Below, piece after piece: positions 18,745-32,723 of a stretch of DNA of 49,934 nucleotides (its first letter is position 1; every line of letters begins with the position of its first letter). The DNA is taken from assembly GCA_018657475.1 (NCBI GenBank), contig JABHXC010000022.1:1-49934 (forward strand). The letters are read 5' to 3'. Both the position numbers and the translations under genes were made by a program. This DNA comes from Candidatus Woesearchaeota archaeon (GTDB taxonomy: Archaea > Nanobdellota > Nanobdellia > Woesearchaeales > GW2011-AR9). The notes beneath the pieces are model-generated. The model made no database searches, was not told the DNA's origin, and saw nothing but the letters and a program-made list of their open reading frames with translations.

Positions 18745-20141
18745 AACTTAGATTGCCTTTTTTCGGAAAGAAAGAACCTGATAATCCTAAATTAGAAGAT
18801 GTCTTAGCTAACTGTGCAAGTGATCTTGGTAGAGCAAAAGTTATTAAAAAACTTTTATTAGAAACAGATTCTTCTATTCCTCAACAACTTGTATTAAGAG
18901 CAGTAAAAATCTTTGAAAAAGCTGATGACTACACTTCTGCAACCAGATTAACTTCTGAATTAGGTATGGTTGATGAAACTATTGAAATATATGTTAGAAA
19001 TAAAAATTATTTCCGAGCTGTAGAGGTTGCTGAAAGAAACTATTTAACAGAACTTGCTCAGAATCTAAGAGAAGAAGGATTAGATTACAATGAAAAGAAA
19101 GGGAATTTTTTAGTAGCAGCTATGTTCGCTAGCAAACTTGAACTTTATGATCGTGCTAGTGGATTATGTGAACAAGTTGAAGAATTTGAATCTGCAGCGA
19201 AATACGCAGAAAAAGCTGGTCAGAAAGAAAGAGCAGCTCGGATGTATCAGTTAGCAGGAAGTCCAGATAAAGCCATCCGAATTCTAGAAGATATGGGAGA
19301 TTTAGAAGAAGCCTTAGATATCTGTCTTGAAATAAACAATATTGCTAAAGCAGCTTCGATACTCGATGATTTAGAAAGATTTGAAGAAGCAATTGAATTA
19401 CAAGTTAATGCTGGAAATTTATTTGGAGCTGCATTAATTGCAGAACATGCTTTTTTAACCGAACGAGCAATAGACTTGCACAAACAGGATGGTGGTTATT
19501 ATTGTGCTTCTGAATTAGTTGAAGATCCTCTTCAGAAGAGAGTAATCTTCTTAGAAGGAATGAATCGTTTTTTTAATGAAGACAATTTAGCAGATGCTGC
19601 TAAATACGCTAGTTTAGCAGGATTAAAAGTTCAAGCCAGTGAATTATATGAACAGGCTAAAGATTATGTCTCAGCAGCACAATGTGCTAATGCAACTGGA
19701 GACTTAGAAAGAGTTATGGAATTACATAAAAAACATAGACAAGTATCTCTCACTGCTCCCATATTGTTAGAGGCTGGTTTAGTAGAAGAAGCTAGCCAAG
19801 TTTATGCTGAAAGAAAATTTTATAGAGAAGCGATCAATGTTTTAACTAAAGCAGGATTAAAAGACAAAGCTGAAGAAGTTGCTTTCAGAGCCTTTGAATA
19901 TCATGAAGGAAATGAGAATTATAAATCTGCATATGAGATAGCAGAGTTAGCTGGTTTATCAGAACAAGCAGAACATTATGTGTTACTAGAAAAACTTTTA
20001 GGAGATTCGAATAGTAATGGAACATTTGAACTCGACACAACCACTTCAGATACTAACGGCTTAGCTTTATATGATGAAGGAGATGCAAAGTTATCATTAA
20101 CTTATGATCAGGGGACATTAGAGTTAATTGAGGAAAAATAA
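18741..20141 (+). CDS. Alpha-solenoid (TPR/clathrin-repeat-like) protein
   Basis: Repeats such as ESAAKYAEKAG, ERAARMYQLAG, ADAAKYASLAG. Confidence 0.75.
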   Translation: MKLRLPFFGKKEPDNPKLEDVLANCASDLGRAKVIKKLLLETDSSIPQQLVLRAVKIFEKADDYTSATRLTSELGMVDETIEIYVRNKNYFRAVEVAERNYLTELAQNLREEGLDYNEKKGNFLVAAMFASKLELYDRASGLCEQVEEFESAAKYAEKAGQKERAARMYQLAGSPDKAIRILEDMGDLEEALDICLEINNIAKAASILDDLERFEEAIELQVNAGNLFGAALIAEHAFLTERAIDLHKQDGGYYCASELVEDPLQKRVIFLEGMNRFFNEDNLADAAKYASLAGLKVQASELYEQAKDYVSAAQCANATGDLERVMELHKKHRQVSLTAPILLEAGLVEEASQVYAERKFYREAINVLTKAGLKDKAEEVAFRAFEYHEGNENYKSAYEIAELAGLSEQAEHYVLLEKLLGDSNSNGTFELDTTTSDTNGLALYDEGDAKLSLTYDQGTLELIEEK

Positions 20142-20188
20142 AGTATAGTTACAAAGTCTTTAAATAATTCTTTCAGTTTGGATCTGTA

Positions 20189-20707
20189 ATGCAAGCATTA
20201 AGAACTATGCACCCTTGGAATTTGTTGTATGGGAATGCACCTATTGAAAGTCCTTTAAGTGATAATGAAAAAAGATTAAGGGATTTTGCAGGTGATGTTG
20301 CAGAATTTTATGGGTATCATATTGGTGGTGATTCATTAAAAGATCTTGCATTAGGTACATATTCTCCCAGAGAAAGGGGTATTGTTGAAGTTCATAAACG
20401 ACATTTAGTAACATTTGATGATGATGCTCAAATGGGGATTTTTGAACCTTTATGGGCAAGATTAGAACGAAAGCATGCATTTTTGCCGAGAGTAATGGCT
20501 ACAACTTCTGTTTTAAAGGCAGGAATTGATGAGTTTAGAAATGATATCTCTTCTTTAGTATGTGTTTATGATTCTAGCTTTCTTCCTCCTGAAGTTCTTG
20601 AACATCATATAACACAAACCTTTCCTAAACTTGAAAAGAAAAGGGTGAAATATAAACCAATGCAGGATGGGCATTCAGATGTGCTCGATACAGATTTTCA
20701 ATTTTGA
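20189..20707 (+). CDS. Hypothetical protein
   Basis: 172-aa ORF with TTTAAATA box upstream. Confidence 0.6.
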   Translation: MQALRTMHPWNLLYGNAPIESPLSDNEKRLRDFAGDVAEFYGYHIGGDSLKDLALGTYSPRERGIVEVHKRHLVTFDDDAQMGIFEPLWARLERKHAFLPRVMATTSVLKAGIDEFRNDISSLVCVYDSSFLPPEVLEHHITQTFPKLEKKRVKYKPMQDGHSDVLDTDFQF

Positions 20708-20788
20708 AGCTTGAAACGATATTTTGTGATTCCGCAAGCTTTATAAATTCAAAATAAAACAGTTCTAGGTGCAAAGAGGGAATTTTTA

Positions 20789-23700
20789 ATGACTAGAATT
20801 AACAGAATTACCATTCACGGTTTCAAAAGTTTTGCTCATAAAACTGAAATTCCATTTGATGGAGAGTATAACTGTATATTAGGACCTAACGGTAGTGGTA
20901 AATCGAACATAGGAGACGCTATTTGTTTCGTTTTAGGAAGATTATCATCTAAATCTTTACGTGCTGAGAAAGCTGCTAACTTAATATTTAACGGTGGGAA
21001 AAGAGCTAAACCTGGTTCACAAGCTTATGTTGAAATTGCTTTTGATAACAAAAGTAAAATATTTCCAACTGATGGTAAAGAAGTAATAATTAATAGAGCA
21101 ATAACAAAAAAAGGTAACAGTGTTTACAAAATTAATGGAAAGAAAAGAACAAGAGGTGAAGTTCTTGACACGTTAGGTATAGCAAAAATTAATCCTGATG
21201 GTTATAATATTATTCTTCAAGGTTCAATAACTAAATTTGTTGATATTTCTGGTAATGAAAGAAGGAAAATTCTTGAACAGATAAGCGATGTATCTGTATA
21301 TGAAGATAAAAAACATAAAGCAATGTTAGAATTAAACAAAGTTGAAGATAAACTTAACAATGCGCATATTATTTTAAAAGAACGTAAAACTTATTTGAAA
21401 GAATTAAAGAAAGATCGTGATCAAGCATTGAAATTTAAAGAATTACAAGATTCTATTGATTCTCATAAAGCGACATTAGTACACACAAAATTAACTGAAC
21501 AACAAAGATTAAACAAAAAGTTTGAAAGTCAAGTTAATGAACATAAAAAAAAGTTGCAAGCAGCTGAAGAAAAAATAGCTGGATTAAAAAAACAAGTTGT
21601 TATTGCAAAAGATAAATCTGATGCATTAAACAAAAAAATTGAACAACAGGGAGAAAAAGAACAATTAAAAGTTCACCGAGATTTAGAAGAATTAAAAATT
21701 TCTCTTGCACAAAATAAAACTAGAATTTCTACATTAAAAGATGAAATTAATAAAATTCAATTAAGAAAAGATCAATTTGAAGAAGAAAGTAAAGAATTAG
21801 CAGCTAAATCTGATGCATTACAACAACAACGTAAAAAACAGAAACAGGAATTGTTAAACAAACAGCGAGATTTGAAAGAATATGAAAAAAAGATTGCTGA
21901 TTTTAAGAAGAAAAATAAAATTGAATCTTCACAAGCTTTAGAAGAAGATCTTGAAATTAAAGATAAATTAATTGAAGTTAAACAAGATGAAGTTCAAAAA
22001 GTTAGACAACAACAGCAAGAACTTTTACGTGAAAAAGATAAATTAGAATATCAGGTTCAAACTATTGATGAACGTATCGCAAAAGTTAAAGAAGTTGCAC
22101 AGGAACATAAAGGTCAAGTTAGAGAATTACAACAGTTTAAGAAAAATTTTACTCAAGCAACATTAAGATTAAACAAATGTTTAGAACAAGATAGTGGTTT
22201 TGCTGCACAGGTTGGAAATGCACGAAGAAAATTAGAAGATTTACAAGAAAAACGTGCACAGTTAAATGCAAAGACAGCTTCAATGCAAGCTTCTTTATCA
22301 AGTAATTTTGCAGTTAATACAATTATTGAAAATAAGAGAAAATTTCCTGGTGTTCATGGTACGATTGCAGAACTTGGGCAAGTAAACAAGAAGTATGCTC
22401 CAGCACTGGAAACTGCTGCCGGAGGAAGAATGAACAATTTGGTTGTTGATTCTGATAAAACTGCTGCGGAATGTATCAGATTCTTAAAAGAAAAAAGAGC
22501 AGGTTCTGCTTCTTTTGTTCCATTAAACAAAATTAAATATCGTGAAATTACTGCTGCTGATAAACCTTTAAAGAAAAATTTAGGTGTACATGATTTTGCA
22601 TTAAACTTAATCTCTTACCCTTCAAAGTACAAAAAAGCATTTGCATACGTTTTTGGTAACACTTTAGTTGTTGATGATTTGCAAGCAGCAAGAAAAGTTG
22701 GTATAGGAAGAGTGAAAATGTCAACTTTAGATGGAAACATAGCAGAAGCTTCTGGAGTAATGCGTGGTGGATTTAAATCTCGTCGTTCTGGAGTTGGATT
22801 TCAAGAAAAGGGTGCTTTAAAAGAATTAGAAAAAGTTGAAAGTGATATTGCTGAGTATGAAGGAGTGATTGCTAATGTACGGGAAAGAAGGTCTGCTAAT
22901 GAAGAAGAAATTACGACATTACGTCAACAACGTGCAGAATTAGAAGGTGAAATGATTAAACTTGAAAAATCACTTCACTTAAACACTAGTGATTTAGAAG
23001 CTACAGCTAACTTAAAGAAAGAACTTCGTGAACAATTAAATGATGTTGATCAGAAATTAAACACATTTCAAAAAGAAATTTCTATCTTAAATAGAGATTT
23101 AGCTGGATTAAAATCTAAAAAACATATGTTAAGATCTCAAGTTAGTCAATTACGAAATCCTCGTTTACTTGCTCAATTACAAGCATTTGAAGAAAGTAAA
23201 CAACAATGTAGAGAATCAATTGTAAGATTAGAAAGTGAAATAAATAACGCTTTAACACAAATGGAACAGCTTTTATCTCCTGAACAACAGAAGATGAAAG
23301 AAATTATGAAACAGCATGAAAAAGAGGAGAAAACTTTTGGTAACGAAATTACGCAATTAACTTCTTCCATTAAACATCAGGAAAAAGATTTGAAATCTAA
23401 AGAAGCGGCAAGTAAAGAATTTTATGCAAAGTATAAAGGTTTATTCCAACAAAGAGAAAAGTTAGGTCAGGAAATTAATACTGCGGAAACTAGAATGGAA
23501 TCTTTCAGAGAAAAGCAAAGGGGAGCTGAAAGAGAAATTAATTTAGTTTCTTTAAAGAATGCTGAAGCTAAAGCTAAATTGGCTGGTTTAGAAGAAGAGT
23601 TTAAGAAATATGAAGATGTTAAATTGTTAAAAAATAAACCATTACAAGAATTACAACGTGAAGTAAGTAAATTTGAAGTTATGCTTGGACAGATGTCTGC

Positions 23701-24280
23701 AGTTAACATGAAAGCTTTAGAAGTTTATGATCAGGTTGAACATGAATATAATAACCTGATTGAGAAAAAGTCTGAATTAGAAACAGAAAAAGTTGATGTT
23801 TTAACAATGATGAATGAAATTGAAACTAAAAAGAAAGAACAGTTCATGACTACATTCAAAAAAGCTAACGATAATTTTCAACGAGTATTTGGTTCATTGT
23901 TTAAGAAAGGTAGAGCTCATTTACAATTAGATAATCCTAACAAACCATTTGAAGATGGTGTTAGTATTAAAGTTAGATTGACTGGAAAAAGGTATTTAGA
24001 TATTAAATCTTTATCAGGTGGAGAAAAAACATTAACTGCATTATCATTCATTTTTGCTATCCAAGAATATCAACCTGCTTCATTTTACATTTTAGATGAA
24101 ATTGATGCCGCATTAGACAAACATAATTCTGGTAGATTATCTCAATTAATTAGATCTTATTCAGGAAATGCACAGTACATTTTAATTTCTCACAATGATG
24201 CATTGATTTCTGAAGCCGATACTTTATTCGGAGTTAGCATGAATGATGGAATTAGTAAAATTACTAGTTTGAAAATTTAA
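20789..24280 (+). CDS. smc: Chromosome segregation ATPase SMC
   Basis: GFKSF, GPNGSGKSN, hinge GVHGTIAEL, LSGGEK, LDEIDAALD. Confidence 0.98.
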   Translation: MTRINRITIHGFKSFAHKTEIPFDGEYNCILGPNGSGKSNIGDAICFVLGRLSSKSLRAEKAANLIFNGGKRAKPGSQAYVEIAFDNKSKIFPTDGKEVIINRAITKKGNSVYKINGKKRTRGEVLDTLGIAKINPDGYNIILQGSITKFVDISGNERRKILEQISDVSVYEDKKHKAMLELNKVEDKLNNAHIILKERKTYLKELKKDRDQALKFKELQDSIDSHKATLVHTKLTEQQRLNKKFESQVNEHKKKLQAAEEKIAGLKKQVVIAKDKSDALNKKIEQQGEKEQLKVHRDLEELKISLAQNKTRISTLKDEINKIQLRKDQFEEESKELAAKSDALQQQRKKQKQELLNKQRDLKEYEKKIADFKKKNKIESSQALEEDLEIKDKLIEVKQDEVQKVRQQQQELLREKDKLEYQVQTIDERIAKVKEVAQEHKGQVRELQQFKKNFTQATLRLNKCLEQDSGFAAQVGNARRKLEDLQEKRAQLNAKTASMQASLSSNFAVNTIIENKRKFPGVHGTIAELGQVNKKYAPALETAAGGRMNNLVVDSDKTAAECIRFLKEKRAGSASFVPLNKIKYREITAADKPLKKNLGVHDFALNLISYPSKYKKAFAYVFGNTLVVDDLQAARKVGIGRVKMSTLDGNIAEASGVMRGGFKSRRSGVGFQEKGALKELEKVESDIAEYEGVIANVRERRSANEEEITTLRQQRAELEGEMIKLEKSLHLNTSDLEATANLKKELREQLNDVDQKLNTFQKEISILNRDLAGLKSKKHMLRSQVSQLRNPRLLAQLQAFEESKQQCRESIVRLESEINNALTQMEQLLSPEQQKMKEIMKQHEKEEKTFGNEITQLTSSIKHQEKDLKSKEAASKEFYAKYKGLFQQREKLGQEINTAETRMESFREKQRGAEREINLVSLKNAEAKAKLAGLEEEFKKYEDVKLLKNKPLQELQREVSKFEVMLGQMSAVNMKALEVYDQVEHEYNNLIEKKSELETEKVDVLTMMNEIETKKKEQFMTTFKKANDNFQRVFGSLFKKGRAHLQLDNPNKPFEDGVSIKVRLTGKRYLDIKSLSGGEKTLTALSFIFAIQEYQPASFYILDEIDAALDKHNSGRLSQLIRSYSGNAQYILISHNDALISEADTLFGVSMNDGISKITSLKI

Positions 24281-24304
24281 TTAAGTTTTATAAAAAATTA
24301 GAAA

Positions 24305-27532
<3,228 letters not shown>

Positions 27533-27627
27533 TTATCGTCGAGAAAGACGTGTTTTTGATAGAATTTGGAGGTTTATAAATGTATCGAAAAATCCCTCTA
27601 TTTTTTTCGGAAATTGTCACTATTGTA

Positions 27628-28785
27628 TCAATCTGTCTTTTTTGCTTTATAAAATTCTAATTCTGCTAAATTTTCATTCACATAATTTGGATTTTCTTTG
27701 AAGAATTTTTCTTTAACATGGTCAGGCATATTATCAATTGTACCTTTGCCCGATAATCCTACTTGAGGTGTTTTTTTACAATAGTCCATTGCATTAAATG
27801 GTTGATTAGAATTTACTAATTCGTCATATTTTGGGAAATCTATCCAAGTATTCCAAACATTGTTTACTTTGAATTTTTTTCTTGCTAACATGACGACTCT
27901 TGAAGGAATATGTTCAGAAACAATTTCGTAGTCTTCTAGATGTTTAGATAATTGTTTTGTAAGAGAAACAACTTCTTCATGTAATGGCATGTTTTTCCGA
28001 CTTAATCGTTGTTGTGATGGGCCAACGTGCATGTACGCTTTAACTTCAATAAAGTCTGGTTGGCCTCTATTAATTAATTCTGCATACTTATCTAGATGTG
28101 AATCATTAATGTTTTTAATAATAGTCAATCTTACAGCGGTACGTTGTTGTTTCTCTTTTAGATAGTCTAATGATTGGTGTAATCCTTCCCAGAAATCTTT
28201 GAATAACGGAACATCAACTTCTTTTAACATTTCTTTAGTTGGTGCATCAATTGAGATGTAAAGTTGTGTTATTGGGTGTAAATCTTTAATTTGTTCTGGA
28301 TACTGGCCATTGGTAACAAGAAATGTTGAAATGCCATCTTTATTGAATAAATCTATTGACTGGTTAATTTGTGGATAAAAAATTGGTTCTCCAGTAAGTG
28401 AAAGAGCTACATGTTTTACTGTTCTTGACTTATTATATGCCGTTTTATTTGCTTTATCACTACCATTAAATCCAATGAGAAGTTTGTGGTGTGCTTCTAA
28501 TGATTCTTTATGGATTTTTTCAGGATCATCATTATCCCATTTCCACTCTGTTGCAACGGGTGCTTTGTAACCTCTCCAGCAAAACGTACATCGATTAGCA
28601 CAACTGATAGAGGTTGTCATTTGTAGACATTGATTACTCATAATACCATAGAATTTTAATTTATAACAGCCACCTTGGCCACGGATCATAGTTTTTGTCC
28701 AGCCACAAGTTTTTACAGCTGAATGATTACCTACTACTCTATAACCTTGTTTTTCTAGTTCTAGTTTAGCTTCTTGAGTTAACAT
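27628..28785 (-). CDS. taw1: 4-demethylwyosine synthase Taw1/TYW1 (radical SAM)
   Basis: HSAVKTCGWT, CYKLKFYGI, CANRCTFCWR, ALSLTGEP, FIEVKAYM. Confidence 0.93.
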   Translation of the reverse strand: MLTQEAKLELEKQGYRVVGNHSAVKTCGWTKTMIRGQGGCYKLKFYGIMSNQCLQMTTSISCANRCTFCWRGYKAPVATEWKWDNDDPEKIHKESLEAHHKLLIGFNGSDKANKTAYNKSRTVKHVALSLTGEPIFYPQINQSIDLFNKDGISTFLVTNGQYPEQIKDLHPITQLYISIDAPTKEMLKEVDVPLFKDFWEGLHQSLDYLKEKQQRTAVRLTIIKNINDSHLDKYAELINRGQPDFIEVKAYMHVGPSQQRLSRKNMPLHEEVVSLTKQLSKHLEDYEIVSEHIPSRVVMLARKKFKVNNVWNTWIDFPKYDELVNSNQPFNAMDYCKKTPQVGLSGKGTIDNMPDHVKEKFFKENPNYVNENLAELEFYKAKKTD

Positions 28786-28957
28786 GGATTGATTATTTTT
28801 TAGTTGTTTTATAAGAATTTTGTATGTTTTAGCGTAGCAGAATATTTTTAATTGGTATATTGGCTATTATTCTCCAGTGAGTTTAACACCTCTTTGTTTG
28901 TTGAGGTAGGGTCTTTATTTTATTAAATTTAAAAAAAGTGAAAAAATGCGATTCTTA

Positions 28958-29134
28958 TTAGGAATCGCAGTTGCTACCATCTCCACAGTCACAGTCATAT
29001 TCTACACTACGTGGCATAATATTGTAAGACAAGTTGCCTTTATTTGCTTCACAATTATTTGCGATGTAATCTTTCATTTCTTTATTTGTTTCAAATGAAT
29101 ATTCACTTGCAACGTCTTCTAATTTGTCAACCAT
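28958..29134 (-). CDS. Putative RiPP precursor peptide (58 aa)
   Basis: GGAGGT SD 7 nt before ATG 29134; C-terminal YDCDCGDGSNCDS; directly after the rSAM/SPASM gene. Confidence 0.7.
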   Translation of the reverse strand: MVDKLEDVASEYSFETNKEMKDYIANNCEANKGNLSYNIMPRSVEYDCDCGDGSNCDS

Positions 29135-29138
29135 TTTT

Positions 29139-30445
29139 TTAACCTCCATCTCGTCCTAAATTGTTGTTTATTAATGTGGCAAATAGTGCACTAACGTACT
29201 GGTTATCTACACCTATATCACTACCAATGAAGACAAGATCATTACGGTTAAGAACTCTTATGGGGTATTTTTCTTTTATATAAAATGTTGTGAAATTATC
29301 TAAATATGCATATGCAGATGGGTCTTTAAATAATGTTGAGCCAAAACTTTCATCTCTAATCTTAAGATCTCTCTTTAGTTGAACACTATTAACTGGGTCA
29401 AAACTAGAAATTTTTGTTTTTTTATTATTTTTAATTGTATCTTTTTTAAGATTATCTTCGCCAGCCATATCTTTGTTTATTTTGTATGCATTTTCTTTGC
29501 AACCACCACCGCACTTGAAATCATATGCGCAACCAGTACAAGTATCATTATGGTATTGTTTTTTCCAAATAGGAATTTCTGCCCAGATCTCTAGCAATGG
29601 TCTTTCAAAAATATTACCATATGTTATATCAAAATGTTGACATGCTCTCAAATCACCATTACTTGCAACACCAGCAGAAGTTAGTCCAGCAACACAACTA
29701 CGATTAAAGATTGATCCATATTTATTAATATCATCAACCGCACAATAAGGAAGTGCATTTAATGTTCCTACTTGCATCCCAAAGTCACTCTTTAGTTCCA
29801 TTAATTGGTCTAGAAGAATAACAATATCTTTATTATTTAATATAAGTGAATCATAATTTTGAATCATGCCATTATTTGAAGGACTTATTCTTGTAGCGTT
29901 AAAACCTTTAAAACCTAGCTCATAAGCAAACTTTCCAGTATCATAAACAGAATCAAGTGTACTTTTATTTACAACCATATTTGCGCTTAAATAGATCCCT
30001 TTATTAGATAATAATTGAGCCCCTTTTACAAATCGTTTGAAACTCACTTTATTTTGAGTTGTTTTATTAAATTGATCTTCATCATGTGAAATGATGCTTG
30101 AGAGAACACCTACATTATATTCCATTAATATATCACAGATTTCATCATTAGCAAGAGTAATATTTGAATTAATACGAATACCTACATTACTTTCTCTATA
30201 GAGCTTTATTATCTGTTCAAGATTTTTTCCAAATAAAAATGGTTCACCGCCCGTTAAAGTAACATGAAAAACATCCGCTTCTATTATTCTTTCACTTATT
30301 TCTAATGCTCTATTTAGTTGTTTTTCAGTTGGTTTTTGCAGTTTCTCATCCTCTGATCTCCAGAAATTATAACAGTTGTACAACTATGATTACAATCATT
30401 GATTAATTCAAATTGTACTGCAATGGGGGATTTTGGTTTAATCAT
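29139..30445 (-). pseudogene. Radical SAM/SPASM maturase with 1-nt frameshift in CX3CX2C (pseudogene, sequence error or recoding)
   Basis: MIKPKSPIAVQFELINDCNHSC continues in another frame as CYNFW; LTGGEP; SPASM CVAG...AC...CTGC...CGGGC; ATGA overlap with the upstream gene at 30442-30445. Confidence 0.8.
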
Positions 30446-30873
30446 CCTAATAACTTTTTAACAGCAAGATATCCTTTACTGTAATTTGGTTTTTTGAAAA
30501 ATGTGATAAGGTCTTTTATAGTAAATTCTTCAGCAGATTTTTTTTGGTCAGCAATATAACATGCTAATCCTTCAAACAACCATGCAGGGTCACTTGTTTC
30601 AAAACAACGTAGATAGTAAATGTGTACCATCTCATGAACAATTACTTTAAGCCACTCTTCATAATTTCTGTTTATTTCATCTTGATTAAGCACAAAAACT
30701 ATCTGTTTTCTGGGATATGCAAAGCCAACAACCCAATCCTGCTGCTTCATTTTTTCAAGATCTTTTTTTGAAAGTTCAATAACGTAAACGTCGTTAAGGG
30801 TTATATTAAATAATTCGTCAAGATATTCTTTTTTTTCAACAAGTAATGGGTTGATTTCAGAGATAGATCTCAT
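30442..30873 (-). CDS. Gluzincin / peptidase MA-like metallopeptidase
   Basis: IVHEMVH...PAWLFEGLACY. Confidence 0.82.
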   Translation of the reverse strand: MRSISEINPLLVEKKEYLDELFNITLNDVYVIELSKKDLEKMKQQDWVVGFAYPRKQIVFVLNQDEINRNYEEWLKVIVHEMVHIYYLRCFETSDPAWLFEGLACYIADQKKSAEEFTIKDLITFFKKPNYSKGYLAVKKLLG

Positions 30874-31047
30874 ATATAGTATATTTTGTTTGTTTCTATA
30901 TAAAAATTTCTCAGTTTTTTACTATTTTATAGAAAAAACATAACTTTCAAAGTTTCTATTAAAAAACAATTGGAAACTGTCATATGTGACATATTTCCCC
31001 CACAAACCCCAACACTTAAATATTTATTTGTAATTTGTTTTATTGAT

Positions 31048-31281
31048 ATGAGATTTAAGCCATCTTTGCAAGAAGTTATTTTTGAACCAGACATTGATGA
31101 AAATTTAAGATTACTTAATAGGGATATTAGACGTTTGGATAAAAGTTTAGAAAGAGCAAGAGAATTAGCTTTTCCTGGACCTTCTCCTACTGTGGACGAG
31201 TATATAGTTGATTTTTATCATTCTTGTCAAGAAACAGCAGGTAAAGTTAAGAATTGGTTAGTAGATAGAATATATCGTTGA
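31048..31281 (+). CDS. Hypothetical protein (start moved to ATG 31048)
   Basis: TATA-like CTTAAATA about 25-30 nt upstream. Confidence 0.5.
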   Translation: MRFKPSLQEVIFEPDIDENLRLLNRDIRRLDKSLERARELAFPGPSPTVDEYIVDFYHSCQETAGKVKNWLVDRIYR

Positions 31282-31364
31282 ATTTGTTTTTAACTATTTT
31301 CTAAAAAAACTTTAGATTATTTGAAATGAGAAATTTATTATACTATTTTCTTATTCTATAATTA

Positions 31365-31631
31365 ATGGATGATTTACGGGAAAGAATTATGGGGATGTAT
31401 AAAACAATTGATGGTTTGTTACGTAATCGTGAATTTAGTAAATGTGATGAAGTTTTACAAAATGTTGATGTTTCTGGGTTAAATGAAGTGCAATTAGTAG
31501 GATATCTTAGGATTACTTTTCCAGCTCGGAATGAACTTCCTTATTGGAGAACATTGTTAGATGAAGTAAAAACTGAATTAAAAGAACGTGATGAATATGA
31601 TAATAGTATTTTTGTGGGATTAGAATATTAA
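31365..31631 (+). CDS. Hypothetical helical protein
   Basis: 88-aa ORF with TATA-like box upstream. Confidence 0.55.
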   Translation: MDDLRERIMGMYKTIDGLLRNREFSKCDEVLQNVDVSGLNEVQLVGYLRITFPARNELPYWRTLLDEVKTELKERDEYDNSIFVGLEY

Positions 31632-31694
31632 ATGATGAGATAATCAACTCCAAACCCCAACACTTAAAAATCTATAAGTAATTCATTTTAAAGT

Positions 31695-32723
31695 ATGTTA
31701 ACTGATAAAGAAGTCAATTTTTTACGTGAAGAGCTTGAAACAGCTAAAAATCCGCTTTATTTTTACGATACTGATCCTGATGGATTGTGTTCTTTTTTGT
31801 TGTTATACAGAGTTTTTAAGGAAGGTAAAGGGATATTGATTAAAGGTGCTCCAACATTAGATGACAGATTTTTAAGAAAAGTTGAAGAGTATCAACCTGA
31901 TAAAATTGTAGTTTTAGATAAACACATGATTGAGCAAAGTTTTGTAAATAAAGCTAAAAGGCCAGTATTTTGGATTGATCATCATGATCTTGTTGATCTT
32001 GAAAATGTTCATTACTTTAATCCTAAAAAACGTGACCCTGACATTTACATGCCAACAAGTAGAATGGCATATCAAATTTCTAATGATCCTGAAGATTTAT
32101 GGATGGCGACAGTTGGATGTTTAGCTGATTATCATATGCCAAATTTTATTGATGCATTTATTGAACAATATCCTCATTTGTTAAAAGAAAAAACAGATTT
32201 ACCAACAGCATTGTATAAACGGCCAATAGGTGTATTAGTAAGAGTATTTTACTTTTTGTTAAAAGGACCGACTAATGAAGTAAGAAAAAGTATTAACATT
32301 CTTACAAGAATTAAAGATCCTGATGAAATTATGAAACAAACAACACCGCAAGGAAAATTTTTGTGGAAAAGGTTTCAACAAATTAATGAAAAATATAAAG
32401 AAATTTACAAAGATGCAACCAAAAAAGTTACTAGTAGTAAACTTTTATTGTACAAATATGATACTCAACGTTGGTCTTTTACTGTAGACTTAGCAAATGA
32501 ATTGGCATGCAGATATCCTAAAAAAGTTATTATCATTGCAAGAAGAAAAGAAGATGAAATGCGATGTAGTTTACGAGCAAAGTTTACCATCAATAAAGCA
32601 TTAGCAAGAGCATTAGAAGGAATTGAAGGGCGTGGTGGTGGTCATCCTGAAGCTTGTGGTGCTGGGATTAAAATTAAAGATTGGGACAGATTTTTAGAAA
32701 ATTTTAAGAGGGAACTGAAATGA
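31695..32723 (+). CDS. DHH/DHHA1 family phosphoesterase
   Basis: DTDPDG, VLD, IDHH, GGGHPEACG. Confidence 0.9.
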   Translation: MLTDKEVNFLREELETAKNPLYFYDTDPDGLCSFLLLYRVFKEGKGILIKGAPTLDDRFLRKVEEYQPDKIVVLDKHMIEQSFVNKAKRPVFWIDHHDLVDLENVHYFNPKKRDPDIYMPTSRMAYQISNDPEDLWMATVGCLADYHMPNFIDAFIEQYPHLLKEKTDLPTALYKRPIGVLVRVFYFLLKGPTNEVRKSINILTRIKDPDEIMKQTTPQGKFLWKRFQQINEKYKEIYKDATKKVTSSKLLLYKYDTQRWSFTVDLANELACRYPKKVIIIARRKEDEMRCSLRAKFTINKALARALEGIEGRGGGHPEACGAGIKIKDWDRFLENFKRELK

